A stretch of DNA of 64,000 bases, taken from contig CAWFOU010000008.1 of NCBI GenBank assembly GCA_963817525.1, forward strand, positions 1-64,000, in the 5' to 3' direction. Below are positions 1 through 11,044 of this stretch, piece after piece. Source of the DNA: an uncultured archaeon. Its GTDB lineage: Archaea > Thermoproteota > Nitrososphaeria > Nitrososphaerales > Gagatemarchaeaceae. Within the stretch, counting starts at the first letter, position 1; every line of letters begins with the position of its first letter. The position numbers and the translations under genes were made by a program. The notes beneath the pieces were generated by a model. The model was given only the letters and a program-made list of their open reading frames with translations. It was not told the origin of the DNA and searched no databases.

Positions 1-133
1 ATAAGCTCCACGGCGCTTATCGAATTTATTTGAGAGATTCACTTCTTCCGGCAGGCGATAATGCAGGTTCGGGCCGGAAGGGGCTCGCACCCAAAAGGGA
101 CATTTCTACTCCCACCGGGGCGGTGGGTACGGG

Positions 134-189
134 CCGCCATTGGCTCGTGGCCTGATGGCTTCTCAAATGTTCCCATTCTGGACATCATG
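134..189 (+). repeat. Imperfect direct repeat, copy 1 (upstream of DUF4209 gene)
   Basis: Aligns ungapped to 2015-2070 at about 44/56 positions, with a perfect 15-bp core GTTCCCATTCTGGAC (169-183). Confidence 0.85.
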
Positions 190-242
190 ATTAGGCTCAA
201 GGTCTTTATGAAGGATGGTTGCGAGTTTTCGGCTGAACAGTC

Positions 243-1958
243 TTGTCCGCTTCAAACTCGCCGGATCCGGAGGCAATACTTTCCACTGCAGAGAACACCA
301 TTTTGGTCGAGGAGGACTTCAGCGGGAATTTCTTTAAGGTATTCGATGAAGCGCTGAAGCTGATTCCTGCAGAGAACGCCAGGCACGAGCAGGTGTTCTG
401 GGAAAGGGCGGCCTTTGTTCACATGTATTACCTCGAGCCAACAATAGTCGGCGGGAGCAAACTTTCAGTCGCCGGTATCGAGGCTTTTCGCGCTGGGCTG
501 CTGAAGGAGGGTTTGGTCAACCCTGACAAGGCTGTCGCTTATCTCAAGCTGAGGGCAGAAAGCACGATGAATCCGTTCTACAGAGCGAAGTTCTCGTTCA
601 CGCTCTGGCATGTTACGAAAAGGCCCGAGTATGCCACGACTGCAGTCAAGGCGTATGTCGACTGCGCGAGAAAACAGCTTGGGAACAAGCAGTACGGAGA
701 TGTATTTCACAAATTCATGACCGCAATGTTCATTGCGAAATTGCCGGGATACGAGAGCGCAAGAAAAGACCTAGGAACGGCCCTAGTACCTCTCTGCACG
801 GGGCTTGCAAACTCCAACAACTTCGGTTTGTCTTTGCTGATACTGCAGACGGCCATATTCTTGTCAGGGGACATACCACCAGCTGATCTACCCAAGCTCG
901 CTGAATGGGCGAGCACCACTTCTGCCTCCCTGAGGGCAAAGCAAGAGTTCAGGCTCGCGCGTGAGTTCCTATCCGTGGCCGGGCAGCTGCAGAAGAATGG
1001 CAGCACTGCCATGAAGCAGACCCTTCAGCAAATCGCCCTAATGCACGAGGAGGAGGCGAGCAAGGCCATCCAAGATGGCAACCCAAGTGCGATGTTCTTC
1101 TGCTATGAAGCTGCGAATGCCTTCCAGAGAAGCGGTGACAGCGCGAAATACAAAGAGATGCTCTCGAAGGCAGCAAAGGCGACGTCACTCATCCAATATA
1201 ATCAACATGAGGAGACTTTCGAGTTGCCCAATCTCGAGATAATAGGCAGCACCCCAGAGGAGATTTACAGGGAAATTGGGTCGTGGACGGGCGTAGACCC
1301 CCAGCCCGACGCCATCAACGGAGTGGTGAGCTCGCTGGCAGGGGCCAATGCGCTGTCAAATACGATGATACGGGTAATAGAAAGCGGCGGTTACCCTATC
1401 GCAATTGGGGCGGGGGAGGATTTCGAAAAGCTGGAATCCGAAATCTTCTGGATCGTGCTTCAGGAGAGTCGCATGTGTGCGGCTGTCGCAAATCTGGAGG
1501 AAAACGGCCGGGTAGATGCGGCCTCGCTAAACAAGTTCCTTTCCCTGGGGAATGTGGTTAGCAAAGACACCTTGGAATTGACAAGCGAAGGCGTCAAGGA
1601 ACACTTCGATAAGAGGTACATCGCTTCATGTCACATTTTCCTGCCCCAAATCGAAGCGACTTTGAGAACCATGCTCGAGACATCGAACGTTCCGGTGGCA
1701 AAGCAGGAAGAGGGCGGGATTAGGTCAAAGGAATTGGGCGGCCTCTTGACGGATGAGAAGGTACGAGAGTTCCTTGGCCATGGTTTTGCAGCCTACCTGT
1801 ACGCCAAGCTCGCTAATCCAAAGGCGCTCAATCAACGAAACCTTGCTCTGCACGGGTTAATGGAATCCAAACACTTCAATCAGAACTTGTCAATAAGCTG
1901 CATCTACATTCTGTTGAGGTTCTTGGCCATGGGCCAAACGCCCGTCGCTAGCTCATAG
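243..1958 (+). CDS. DUF4209-like protein (helical N-terminus, C-terminal HEPN-like domain)
   Basis: 571-aa ORF; C-terminal HIFLPQIEATLR and NQRNLALHG (R-x4-H) pattern typical of DUF4209/HEPN. Confidence 0.7.
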   Translation: MSASNSPDPEAILSTAENTILVEEDFSGNFFKVFDEALKLIPAENARHEQVFWERAAFVHMYYLEPTIVGGSKLSVAGIEAFRAGLLKEGLVNPDKAVAYLKLRAESTMNPFYRAKFSFTLWHVTKRPEYATTAVKAYVDCARKQLGNKQYGDVFHKFMTAMFIAKLPGYESARKDLGTALVPLCTGLANSNNFGLSLLILQTAIFLSGDIPPADLPKLAEWASTTSASLRAKQEFRLAREFLSVAGQLQKNGSTAMKQTLQQIALMHEEEASKAIQDGNPSAMFFCYEAANAFQRSGDSAKYKEMLSKAAKATSLIQYNQHEETFELPNLEIIGSTPEEIYREIGSWTGVDPQPDAINGVVSSLAGANALSNTMIRVIESGGYPIAIGAGEDFEKLESEIFWIVLQESRMCAAVANLEENGRVDAASLNKFLSLGNVVSKDTLELTSEGVKEHFDKRYIASCHIFLPQIEATLRTMLETSNVPVAKQEEGGIRSKELGGLLTDEKVREFLGHGFAAYLYAKLANPKALNQRNLALHGLMESKHFNQNLSISCIYILLRFLAMGQTPVASS

Positions 1959-2014
1959 CTCTGTGAAAGTTCTTTGAGGGGGCATGAAATCTGGCATTAT
2001 GAAAAAGGATGATA

Positions 2015-2070
2015 CCGCCCTTGGCTCGTACGCCAGAGGCTTCTCAAGCGTTCCCATTCTGGACGTTATG
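2015..2070 (+). repeat. Imperfect direct repeat, copy 2 (downstream of DUF4209 gene)
   Basis: Same core GTTCCCATTCTGGAC at 2050-2064 plus shared TTGGCTCGT and GGCTTCTCAA. Confidence 0.85.
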
Positions 2071-2099
2071 GTGGGTCTTAGCGGGTTTGGTCGCATGCG

Positions 2100-3488
2100 C
2101 TACTGTAGAGGGCCGTACAAGGATTCGTGTAGATTCCTGGCCTCCTGAACTATTTGATCCGCATACTTCCTAGCCTGTGAACCCTTACCCCCATACAAGG
2201 TTACTATGGACTGGGCAAGGACGCCCGTGTTTTCCTCGTCCAGTTCTCGTAAATCTGTGAGTTGGACAACTTTTAGGCCTGTTCTTTCAGAGACTTCTTT
2301 CATAATTTCAATCGAATGATGTCTAAGCAGCTCGAGTAGTTCTTGGGGAGCAGAATCCAATAAGAAACCAAGATCGGCAGTCTCGATGATTTCGCTCGGT
2401 CTAATGCCGAGCTTAATCAGAAGGGCCTCGTACATTTTCTTTACATCGCTAAACCGCTGCAGATTACCATAGAATGACGCCGGCTTCCCTTCAAGCCGGT
2501 CAGGAGTCTCTATTCGCATGGTCAGCGGGTCAATCTCCGCGGGAGAAGACAACGTAATTGTTCTCAATTCCCTTCGGGAGCGAACGAAGGAACTCGTCGA
2601 CGATCACTCCACTCCTCGCGAAGTGAACGGAGGAAATGGAAGAAACCATATCGATCTTGCCCTGTTCTCTAAGGTCTTTCATCTTTGTCGCAACTACTCT
2701 TCTCTTCTCAATTGACTCTTCTTCGTTTCGTTCTTGCCTTCGTTTTTCAAGATGACGTACAGCTTAGGGTTTGGATATGCTTCGATCAGGTTATTCACGA
2801 GCGAATTATATGACAATTGCCTCGTCGTGACGTATCCTCTCAATCTTTCAATCAACTTATGGCTCCATTTTTCCGAAGCGAATAAGCGACTTACCCTCTC
2901 GAGTTCTTCTCCCTTTAGTGTGGCGATTGCGCTCTCGAATTGCTCTTTTTTGCAGGATTCAAACGTCGAGCGCAGCTCTTCGAGACTTGGCGGCATCCTC
3001 GTAAAGGCGAAGTAGTAGCGACCGATGTTCTCTTGTAGCTCCGGATGCCGATTGAGCACGTCTTTGATGTACTGCTTCGCCTCGGTGTCTGCGTATCTTA
3101 CAAGAAAGAGGAAGGTGATGGTTTCCTTGAAACCGGGATTAGCCAGCTTGGCGCCTTTCGCCTGAGCTTCAACATCTTTCGCTACGTCTTCCGAGATTTT
3201 TCGCCAGAGGCTCGCCAGACTGCTCTGATCCTGCACACTTGTCGCATTCAGGTAGTCCACCAGATAGTCCCGGGAGATTCTTTCCGGAACACGCGCCAGG
3301 TCCAGACCATGAATGGCAGAAAAGGTGGCTAAACCCCTCGAAAGACTGTCTTTGAAGGCCAATCGTTTGTGGTATTCGATTGATTTCTCGAGTCTTGCGT
3401 TCTGACGATGCTCCCAATACCAAGCTAGGAGGCCTATTAGCCCGATTAACCATCCGGTGTATTCCAGAACTGAATCGAGGACGCCCAA
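2100..3488 (-). pseudogene. Hypothetical protein with N-terminal membrane anchor, split by about 2 frameshifts
   Basis: ORFs 2694..3488 and 2100..2567 are bridged by a plausible third-frame peptide (RRVVATKMKDLREQGKIDMVSSISSVHF...NNYVVFS); N-terminal GWLIGLIGLLAWYW helix. Confidence 0.55.
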
Positions 3489-3494
3489 CGTTAG

Positions 3495-4097
3495 TCACTT
3501 GCGTGACTCTTCGATTGCTGTCAGTCTAACGACCACGGGAGTCTGAAGTTTCTCCCATTCTGATAGTCTCTTGATATTTATTTTATTGACGAGGGATATC
3601 GGGTTCATTGGGTCATCTGGCTGCAGAACCATCTCTCCAGTAGCATGGTCACGGTAATAGTTGCCTCGTATTTTCCCCTTCGCGATTCGAACAGACTTCC
3701 CAGAGTCATCAGCCATGAGCGCGACTGAATATGCCCACTGCCCTCCGAGAGCGATTAACTCAGGAGCTTCAAGATTCTCTTTTCGATGGAACTCAGCTTG
3801 GGCGTCCCCTTCAACCGATTTGATTTTCTTCTTGGGGGCGGTGGCCGCTCCGATGATGCTTCTTAGCTTATTCTTGTCTTCGTTTACCAGCGCATTGATT
3901 TGTGTTGACAATACTGCCTGAAGAATTTCTTCAGTTTCATGATCATCCGTCAAGATGTCGTACGTAACTGATGCATGCTTGCCCACGACCTTGACCAGGT
4001 CCTCGGGATCTTGTGTCTCAGGGCTTCCTAAAAGTCTTCTAGAATGCGCGTTCAAGCCAATTGAGCGATTTTCGTCCAAGGCCTCAATATCACACAA
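3495..4097 (-). CDS. Hypothetical protein
   Basis: 200-aa ORF ending 6 bp before the next minus-strand gene; no recognised motif; start uncertain. Confidence 0.55.
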   Translation of the reverse strand: MCDIEALDENRSIGLNAHSRRLLGSPETQDPEDLVKVVGKHASVTYDILTDDHETEEILQAVLSTQINALVNEDKNKLRSIIGAATAPKKKIKSVEGDAQAEFHRKENLEAPELIALGGQWAYSVALMADDSGKSVRIAKGKIRGNYYRDHATGEMVLQPDDPMNPISLVNKINIKRLSEWEKLQTPVVVRLTAIEESRK

Positions 4098-4176
4098 CTC
4101 AAGTATGAGCTACGTGAGGTAGGTGCGTCAGCCGTCGTGGTAATCGGAAACCCCTTCCAAAGGAGCAAGAAGAATA

Positions 4177-5730
4177 GTGGCACGCGACAATAACAGCAAC
4201 GAGAGTAACGGAGCAAACCTAGGATTCGAGGAGAAACTCTGGAAAGCAGCCGACAAGATGCGCAGTAACATGGATGCGGCCGAGTACAAGCACGTCGTAC
4301 TTGGTCTGATATTCCTGAAGTACATTTCCGATGCCTTTGGCGAAGTTCATGAAGAGTTGAAGAAGGACAAGACCGCTGACCCGGAGGATAAAGATGAATA
4401 CATGTCGAGAAGAGTATTCTGGGTACCAAAAGAAGCAAGATGGGACTACTTGGCGAAGAATGCGAAGAAGCCTGAAATTGGAAAGCTAATTGATGATGCA
4501 CTGGACGGCATAGAAAGAGACAACCATTCTCTCAGGGGCGTTCTCCTGAAGAATTATGCAAGACCTGGGCTTGAACAAACAGAGACTGGGCGAACTCATT
4601 GACCTAATCGGAACCATTGGTCTGGGCGACAGGGAAAACAGGAGCAAGGACATCCTCGGAAGGGTCTACGAGTATTTCTTGGGGCAATTCGCAGATGCGG
4701 AAGGAAAGAAGGGTGGGCAATTCTACACCCCCAGAAGCATCGTCAGGCTTCTGGTCGAGATGCTAGAGCCATACAGAGGGAAGGATTTTCGATCCCTGCT
4801 GCGGCTCCGGAGGAATGTTTGTTCAGAGCGAGAAATTCGTAGAAGCACACGGCGGAAAAATTGGGGACGTGTCAATCTTCGGGCAGGAAAGCAATCAGAC
4901 AACCTGGCGGCTATGCAAGATGAATATAGCCATTACGAGGAATTGATGCCAAGATTGAGTGGGGGGATTCTTTCCGAGATGACCAATTCAAGGACTTCAG
5001 GGCCGACTTCATTCTGGCTAATCCGCCTTTCAACGATAGCGATTGGGGTGGAGAACTCCTTGCAGGATGACTCGAGGTGGAAGTTCGGAATCCCTCCAAA
5101 AGGAAATGCCAATTTTGCTTGGGTGCAGCACTTCATTCAACATCTGTCGCCTACTGGAATCGCCGGCTTTGTTCTCGCCAATGGTTCAATGTCTTCCGAC
5201 ACTTCAAACGAGGGAGAGATTCGCAAGAACATAATCGAAGCGGATTTGGTCGATTGCATGGTGGCTTTACCCTCCCAATTGTTCTACAACACGATGATTC
5301 CAGCTTGCTTGTGGTTCGTTTCACGTGACAAGAGAAATCACAAGTTCAGAGACAGAAGCAGACGAGGTACTTTTCATTGACGCTCGCAAGCTTGGAGCCA
5401 TGGTCGATAGAAGACACAAGGAATTGAGAGATGAGGACATAAAGAAAATTTCAGAAACATACCATGCTTGGAGAGGAGAAATCAAGGACAAGAGAATATC
5501 AGGACATCCCTGGTTTTTGTAAATCTGCTTCATTGGAGGAGCTAAGAAAGAGGATGGATTCTGACGCCAGGTAGGTTCGTAGGAGCAGAGGAAGAGGAAG
5601 ACGATGCAGAAGTATTCGAAGAGAAGATGAAGCGATTGACTGTCGAACTTTCGGAGCAATTGAACCGAGAGCAGGAGCTGCATGATGAAATCAGGAAGAA
5701 TTTGGAGAACATAGGGTTCAAATGTATGAG
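4177..5730 (+). pseudogene. hsdM: Type I R-M methyltransferase HsdM, several frameshifts
   Basis: [32 protein letters not shown] (~4791) and LANPPFN (~5015) occur in shifting frames. Confidence 0.9.
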
Positions 5731-7027
5731 GACGAGCAAGACCAACATTAAACAGACCGAAATAGGAAAATCTCCGGAGTCGGGCATGGCGGGCAAGTGG
5801 CGACAGGCCAGGCTTGCAGAAATCTGCGTACACAGTGCTTTCGGACCTCGCTTTTCCGGCGCGCTTTATGCATCCGACGGGAACGTTGCCACACTTCGCA
5901 CGACAGATATTAGCGAGGACGGTCGCATTGAATACGCGACTATGCCGCTCGCGCGCTCGACTTATCGAGGTTCCAACAACACCTCCTGCACGAAGATGAT
6001 TTAGTCGTCACAAGAACAGGCCGAGTTGGCACAGCTGAGTCTTCGATGGTTTTCGACTACCCGTCCTACCGGGAGCGTTCCTGATTCGTTTCCGGCTCAA
6101 TCGGAAATTAGCAGAGCCTAACTTCTACAAGTACTACTTCAATTCTCCTGAAGGGCATGCCCTCATCACATCGGTTGCCACCGGTTCGGTTCAGCAGAAC
6201 CTTAACATCACATCATTGCATGGCCTCTGGTCCCGGTGCCGCCTTTGATAGAACAACACGCCATTGCCCACATCGTCGGCACGCTGGACGATAAGATCGA
6301 ACTGAACGAGCAGATGAACAAAAACCTCGAAGCAATAGGCAAGGCAGATCTTCAAGCACTGGTTCATTGATTTCGAGTTTCCAAACGAGGAAGGCAGACC
6401 CTACAAGTCCTCGGGCGGGGAGATGGTTTACAGATGAAGGATTGGAAAAGGAGATACCAGACGGAATGGGAGTCTCAGGGACGATGGGACGATGTCATAG
6501 AACTTGCCTACGGCAGAAACTCCTAGAAGATCGAAATGCGTTGGACAATGGAAAATAACTGTTTTCAGGCAATCAAAGTCAAATCGGCTGCATTGATTAC
6601 GGAAAGGCTGTAAGCGATTGGTCCACAAAACTGAGTTGGCGAGAAGGGCTACAGTCCTGGCAATCGCTCAACAACTGTAGTCACAAGTAGGCCTTCTTCC
6701 CCATTGATACACTATTCTATAGTCGATCCTAAAAGCATTATCGAAGTATCGTATTTCTTCTGTAATTTACTTCTCGAATTCAAGATTGCATTCCAAGGGG
6801 ATAATCTGCGGCGGTTACCCTGGCACGTTAACATAGAAATATTGATTGACTCAAACAATGTAGTTCCTTCGCCTAGAATAATCGAAGCCTTTGATTGTCA
6901 GAATTCCAGACATTGTTCACGAAGATATCATGCTAATGCTTCGGAAACGCATTTTGTCGCAAATTCGTAGATTTATTCCTTCCCCAAGCTCATGTCAGGA
7001 AAGATAAGAGTTCCCTCGACGAGGTGA
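5726..7027 (+). pseudogene. hsdS: Type I R-M specificity subunit HsdS, heavily frameshifted
   Basis: KQTEIG start, [22 protein letters not shown] central conserved region, KLMSGKIRV end; lies between hsdM and hsdR. Confidence 0.85.
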
Positions 7028-7031
7028 ACAT

Positions 7032-10000
7032 ATGAGAAACATCATTCCGAATCAGATGTCGAGGAAAATGTCTTAGCAATACTTGGAAAGTCTCGGCTAT
7101 GAAATAATCAGAGGAGACAACGAGGACTATCTTCCCGGCGGAAGCTCTGCCTTAAGATCCGATTTCAAAGATGTCATTCTGATTGATACGACTAAGAGCA
7201 GCACTGAAGAAGAATCAACCCGTCCATTTCTGAAGAAGCAAGAGAACAAGCAATAAAGCAGGTTTTGAGAAGCGAAAGCCAGAAGCTCATCGCCGATAAT
7301 GAGAATTTCCAAGGATGCTGGTAGATGGCATTGATGTTCCAATTCAATCAGTAGAAGGAGAAGGCCTACAAGAAGGTCTGGCTATTTGACTTCGAGAAGC
7401 CAGAGAATAACGACTTCCTAGCGGTCAACCAATTTACGGTTCGAGAGAACAATGTCGAGAGAAGGCCTGATGTCATTCTGTTCGTCAACGGAATTCCGTT
7501 GCTAATCTTCGAACTGAAGAATCTGGCCGACGAGAACGCCACCATCTGGACAGCCTATGACCAGTTCCAGACCTATCAGGACCAGATGCCTTCTCTGTTC
7601 AGGTACAACGAAATCCTCGTGATCAGCGACGGCGTCGAGGCAAGGGCGGGGACCATAACCTCCGAAAAGGAGAGGTTCATGCAGTGGAAGACAATCAACG
7701 GCGAAAAACCGAGGAAGGGGCTGACGGAAATCGAAGTACTGCTAAGGGGGATGTGCGAAAAGCAGAGGCTTCTCGATATCGTCAGAAACTTCATCGTCTT
7801 TGAGAAGGATAAGGAGACAAAGAAGAAGGTAGCTGCCTATCACCAGTACTGGGCGGTAAACAAAGCGCTCAGGTCAACGCTAACTGCCAGAAGGGGGAAC
7901 AAGAAGGCGGGAATCGTCTGGCACACCCAGGGCTCGGGAAAGTCCCTGACCATGATCTTCTACTCAGGCAAGCTCGTCAGGGAACTGGACAACCCAACTA
8001 TCGTAGTCTTGACAGACAGGAACGACCTGGACGACCAGCTGTTTGGCACCTTCGGGAGGTGTGAGGACATACTAAGGCAGAAGCCAGTTCAAGCCGAATC
8101 TAGAACGCACCTGCAGGAATTGCTCAGGGTATCTTCGGGAGGTATCGTGTTCACCACGATACAGAAGTTCTTTCCGGAGGAAGGCAGGGAAAGATATCCG
8201 GTCCTGTCGGAGAGGGACAACATCGTTGTCATTGCAGACGAGGCCCACAGAAGCCAGTACGGGTTCTCTGCCAAGATTCTGGCCAAGAAAGACAAGACGC
8301 TGATAACCTACGGCTATGCCAAATACCTGAGAGACGCTCTACCCAAGGCCTCCTTTATCGGGTTCACGGGCACGCCCATAGAAAAGGCGGACAGGTCTAC
8401 TCCGGCGGTCTTCGGAAAATACGTCGATACCTACGACATAGAGCAATCAGTAGACGACGGCGCGACCGTGAGGATCTACTACGCGAGCAGGCTGGCCAAA
8501 CTAGAGCTGAAACCGGAAGAAAGGCCGAAGATAGACAAGGAATTCGAGGAATTGACAGAAGGGGAAGAGGTCGAGGGCAAGGAGAAGCTCAAGAGCAAAT
8601 GGGCGAGGGAGGAAAGGGTAGCAGGCTCCCCGAAGAGGATCGAGAGGATTGCGCAAGACATCGTCACGCACTTCGAAGAAAGGACGTCTCTTACCGGGGA
8701 AAAGGGCATGATCGTCTGCATGTCGAGACGAATCTGCGTCGACCTGCACAACGGAATCGCGAAGTTGAGGCCTTCGTGGTACGACAAGGACGACGAGAAA
8801 GGGATCGTGAAGGTCGTGATGACGGGGTCTGCCTCCGACCCAAAGGAATGGCAGGAGCACATCCGAAACAGGATCAGAAGAAGGAAGATAGGCGACGAGT
8901 TCAAGGATCCGGAGAATCCGCTCAAGCTTCTCATCGTGAGAGACATGTTCCTGACGGGATTCGACGCTCCTTCCCTCCACACGATGTACCTCGACAAGCC
9001 GATCAAGGGGCACACCCTGATGCAGGCGATAGCGAGGGTCAACCGGGTCTATCCCGGGAAGGAGGGCGGGCTAGTGGTCGACTACATGGGGGTGGGAGTC
9101 GAGCTGAAGAAGGCCCTCTTCGATTACACCGAAAGCGGCGGCAAGGGGAAGCCTACGCTCGACCAGGAGAAAGCGGTCCTGCTGATGCAGGAAAAATACG
9201 AGGTCGTCAAGGACATGTTCCACGGTTTCAACTACAGGAGGTTCTTCGAGCTGAGTGCGAGCGAGAGGGTGCCGTTCATGCCTCAGGCGATGGAGCACAT
9301 CCTCAAGGAGCAGGGCAAGAAGGAGAGGTTCGCGAGGGAGACCACCGCGCTCCTGAAGGCGTTCTCTCTTGCCGTCCCTCAGGAGGAGGCGATGGAGATC
9401 AAGGAAGACGTCGGGCTGTTCCAGGCGATAAAGTCCGCGATAACCAAGACGACAGAGACGAAGAAGGAGGAGAGCGAAGAGCGGTTCGACGCCGCGATCA
9501 AGCAGATTCTCTCCAAGGCCGTGATTTCGGACAGGATCATAGACATCTTCGAGGCTGCCGGCATGCAGAGGCCAGAGCTCTCAATCCTCTCGGAGGGCTT
9601 CCTGTCAGAGATGAAGGAGATGCCCCAGAAGAACCTCGCCTTCGAGGCCCTCAAGAAGCTGCTGAACGACGAGATACGATTCATCTCCAAGAGGAACGTC
9701 GTCCAGGGCAAGTCCTTCATGGAGATGCTTGACAAGACGATCAAGAAGTACACCAACAGGAGCGTGGAGGCCGCCCAGGTCATCGAGGAACTGATTGAGC
9801 TGGCGAGGAAGGTCAGGGAGGAGAAGGAGAGAGGGAAACAGCAGAACATGACGGAGGATGAACTGGCCTTCTACGACGCACTGGGCGCCAACGACAGCGC
9901 GGTCAAGGTTCTCGGCGACGAGACCCTGCGAAAGATAGCCTTGGAGCTGACTCAAATGATAAGGAAAAGCGTCACGATAGACTGGACGCAGAGGGAGAGC

Positions 10001-10135
10001 GTGCAGGCAGAGATCCGGCTGAAGGTCAAGAAGATACTGAGAAAGTATGGCTACCCTCCCGACAAGCAGGAGAAGGCCACCCAGACGGTGCTGGAGCAAG
10101 CCGAACTCGTGGCAAGAGACTGGGTAGGCAACTGA
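7032..10135 (+). CDS. hsdR: Type I R-M restriction subunit HsdR (N-terminal ~470 bp frameshifted; intact ORF 7499..10135)
   Basis: RRPD...[11 protein letters not shown] nuclease motif, HTQGSGKS Walker A, DEAH box, [21 protein letters not shown]. Confidence 0.93.
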
Positions 10136-10198
10136 AAGGAACTCACGAAGTCAGGCCATGGAGGCTGAAAATGGTCCCAGAAAAGCAAGCAACGCCAA

Positions 10199-10912
10199 TT
10201 ATTCAGCATGTCTGGATTCTGATTTGAATTGGGATTTTATCTCGCGCAGCCGAGCCTGATCGTCTCCAAGCAGCGATTCAAGGGCGAGCAGCGCGTCCTC
10301 TCTGGTTTGCCTTTGTTCGGCTAGGTTTTCATCCTTGTATTGCAAGAATGGGATAATGTGAGTCACCACGGACATGTCATTCTGCCTTCCGAGGGAGAGG
10401 AGAGCACTCTGGACGACTAGATAATTCGGATATTCTAGCAGCTTGAGCAACAGAGGGACGAGCCTCTCATCCTTGATTTCTTCCATGGCCTCGGCGGCGT
10501 CACCAACTGCGAATGTTTGGTCATAGTTCTTCTCTACAAACCCGACTATGGCAGGGACGGCAGTCTTCCCTAGTTTTCGGAGCCATCTGATGCACGTCAT
10601 GTCACTGCCGTCGTCAAGTTCTGCCTTGCTGTATGCCAAGAGAATCCTTAGGAGAAGTGCTGAGGATTGATTCCCTCCAACGCGACCAAGAATCTCAGCG
10701 ACGTAATCGATGTAGTACCGACCCTCCTTCTCCCTCTCATACCTTTCAATGAGCTGGATGAGCGCAGGCATAGCTGACTCTTTTCTTCGGGCTAGTTCAT
10801 CAATGGCCTTCGCCGGCTTCGCCGGAGTCTCCTTCGCATTGTATACCTCTTCCCTGTCGTTGACGAGAAGCGACTCTACCAACCTGTCGGCTCGCTCCGT
10901 CAAGCTCGCCAT
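10199..10912 (-). CDS. HEAT-repeat (PBS lyase-like) protein
   Basis: Repeated helical units such as AAEAMEEIKDERLVPLLLKLL and SALLSLGRQND...VVTHIIPFL. Confidence 0.7.
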   Translation of the reverse strand: MASLTERADRLVESLLVNDREEVYNAKETPAKPAKAIDELARRKESAMPALIQLIERYEREKEGRYYIDYVAEILGRVGGNQSSALLLRILLAYSKAELDDGSDMTCIRWLRKLGKTAVPAIVGFVEKNYDQTFAVGDAAEAMEEIKDERLVPLLLKLLEYPNYLVVQSALLSLGRQNDMSVVTHIIPFLQYKDENLAEQRQTREDALLALESLLGDDQARLREIKSQFKSESRHAE

Positions 10913-11044
10913 TCAACTCCCATGGTTGCGTCGGATACCAATCTGTCCCGCCTTGGTGCATCCTTGGCAGATATATCTCAAGTGTGCGCGCCAGCGCATG
11001 AAGGAAATATCAGAAAGTCTTAATGATTTGAGTCATCTCTCCTG

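Noticed and set aside
4177-7500. Programmed frameshifting or phase variation in hsd genes
   Set aside because: Indels are numerous, scattered and mostly not at long homopolymers or slippery sites
8599-9732. Long alternative-frame and antisense ORFs (also 15375..16709, 31512..33092, 36957..38546, 52219..53361 and many more)
   Set aside because: Arg/Gly/Pro-rich shadows of high-GC3 genes with no motifs
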